A stretch of DNA of 57,865 bases from Desulfocapsa sulfexigens. Lineage in GTDB: Bacteria; Desulfobacterota; Desulfobulbia; Desulfobulbales; Desulfocapsaceae. Under the pieces are notes generated by a model. That model searched no databases and was not told the DNA's origin. It saw only the letters and a program-made list of their open reading frames with translations. Below, piece after piece: positions 57,208 to 57,865 of the stretch. Each line of letters starts with the position of its first letter. Position 1 is the first letter of the stretch. The DNA lies in NCBI GenBank assembly GCA_015662865.1, contig DQTH01000232.1, positions 1 through 57,865 of the forward strand, read 5' to 3'. The translations under genes and the position numbers were made by a program.

Positions 57208-57865
57208 TTATTTCTTTTTGGTAGGCTCAAGGGGCAGAGAATATCTCCTCCTGCCATCAAAATCCGCAAAGGCATTGGCAATGGCGGGAGCCGTTGCAAT
57301 ACAGCCGATTTCACCAACTCCTTTTGCGCCGAATGGCCCTTCCGGATCATTGGATTCCACACCAATTACCTCAATTTCAGGCAGGTTATTGATTTTGGGA
57401 ATGCCAAGTGCTCTGTATTTGCCGGAGGTGAGATATCCATCCTCAAGGGGTACTTTTTCAGTGAGTGCGTATCCCACTCCCATGGCCACGCCACCTTCGA
57501 TCTGGCCCTGGAATAGTTTAGGGTTGAGAATGCGTCCGGCATCATGGGAGGCGATTATTGTATCGAGCTTGCCTTCATCATCCAGAATGGCAAGGTTGGT
57601 TGCATAGCCATAGGATATGTGGGAAATAATTTCGCCGGGTTTCCCGTCTGCCTGGGTATAATCGCAGAGAAAATCGCCTTCGTAGGTTTTTCCGGCAAGT
57701 TCTTCCAGTGATTTATCATTAAGATCTTCTTTCAAGGCCTTTGCTGCATCAATAATAGCACGGCCAAGAAGCAGGGTGCCGCGACTGGCGGTGGTGGGGC
57801 CACCAATGGCACCGGATGCCGTGGTGACAAATGGAGTCACCAGATCAATATCTTCAATTCCGGTG
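57208..57865 (-). CDS. Mo-hydroxylase large subunit (selenium-dependent Xdh/XdhD-like), 3' part; gene extends beyond window
   Basis: TTASRGT, HDAGRILNP, GQIEGGVAMGVGYALTE, GAKGVGEIG; frame open to the window edge. Confidence 0.85.
   Translation of the reverse strand, partial: TGIEDIDLVTPFVTTASGAIGGPTTASRGTLLLGRAIIDAAKALKEDLNDKSLEELAGKTYEGDFLCDYTQADGKPGEIISHISYGYATNLAILDDEGKLDTIIASHDAGRILNPKLFQGQIEGGVAMGVGYALTEKVPLEDGYLTSGKYRALGIPKINNLPEIEVIGVESNDPEGPFGAKGVGEIGCIATAPAIANAFADFDGRRRYSLPLEPTKKK

Noticed and set aside
1-57865. rRNA, tRNA, prophage, integrase, transposase or defence islands
   Set aside because: None recognised by eye; small ncRNAs or riboswitches cannot be excluded without an Infernal/Rfam scan

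Overview
57.9-kb chromosomal window from an anaerobic Gram-negative bacterium. Protein families and intergenic repeats suggest a Desulfobulbales-like sulfate reducer (inference). The left half (1-25 kb) is mixed housekeeping and accessory DNA: a convergently arranged polar amino-acid ABC system, an orphan OleA-like thiolase, an amrA/YkgJ-like/Nudix/DEAD-helicase run, a two-domain CDP-alcohol phosphotransferase, a decayed PLD::TetR chimeric pseudogene, an EHD-like dynamin-family NTPase, stress proteins, a MATE pump, a sigma-54-type operon of three paralogous small membrane proteins, and an unannotated 437-aa protein with RelA/SpoT-synthetase-like motifs. The right half (25-57.9 kb, continuing past the edge) is a large, almost entirely minus-strand purine scavenging/catabolism locus: partial Mo-hydroxylase, ssnA, hyuA, ygfK, yqeB, xdhABC, guaD, two BMP-type ABC importers, a P-loop kinase-like protein, two fold-type-II PLP enzymes, 8-oxoguanine deaminase-like, Tsx-like porin, XdhC chaperone, yqeC, two PRTases and sdaA. 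A MITE family (GATGG..CGTAAAA ends, 6-bp target duplications, two interchangeable hairpin cargoes, one with compensatory changes) occurs five times, and four copies form the TGA stop of the adjacent gene. No rRNA, tRNA, CRISPR or transposase was recognised. All calls come from motif reading by eye; no searches were run.
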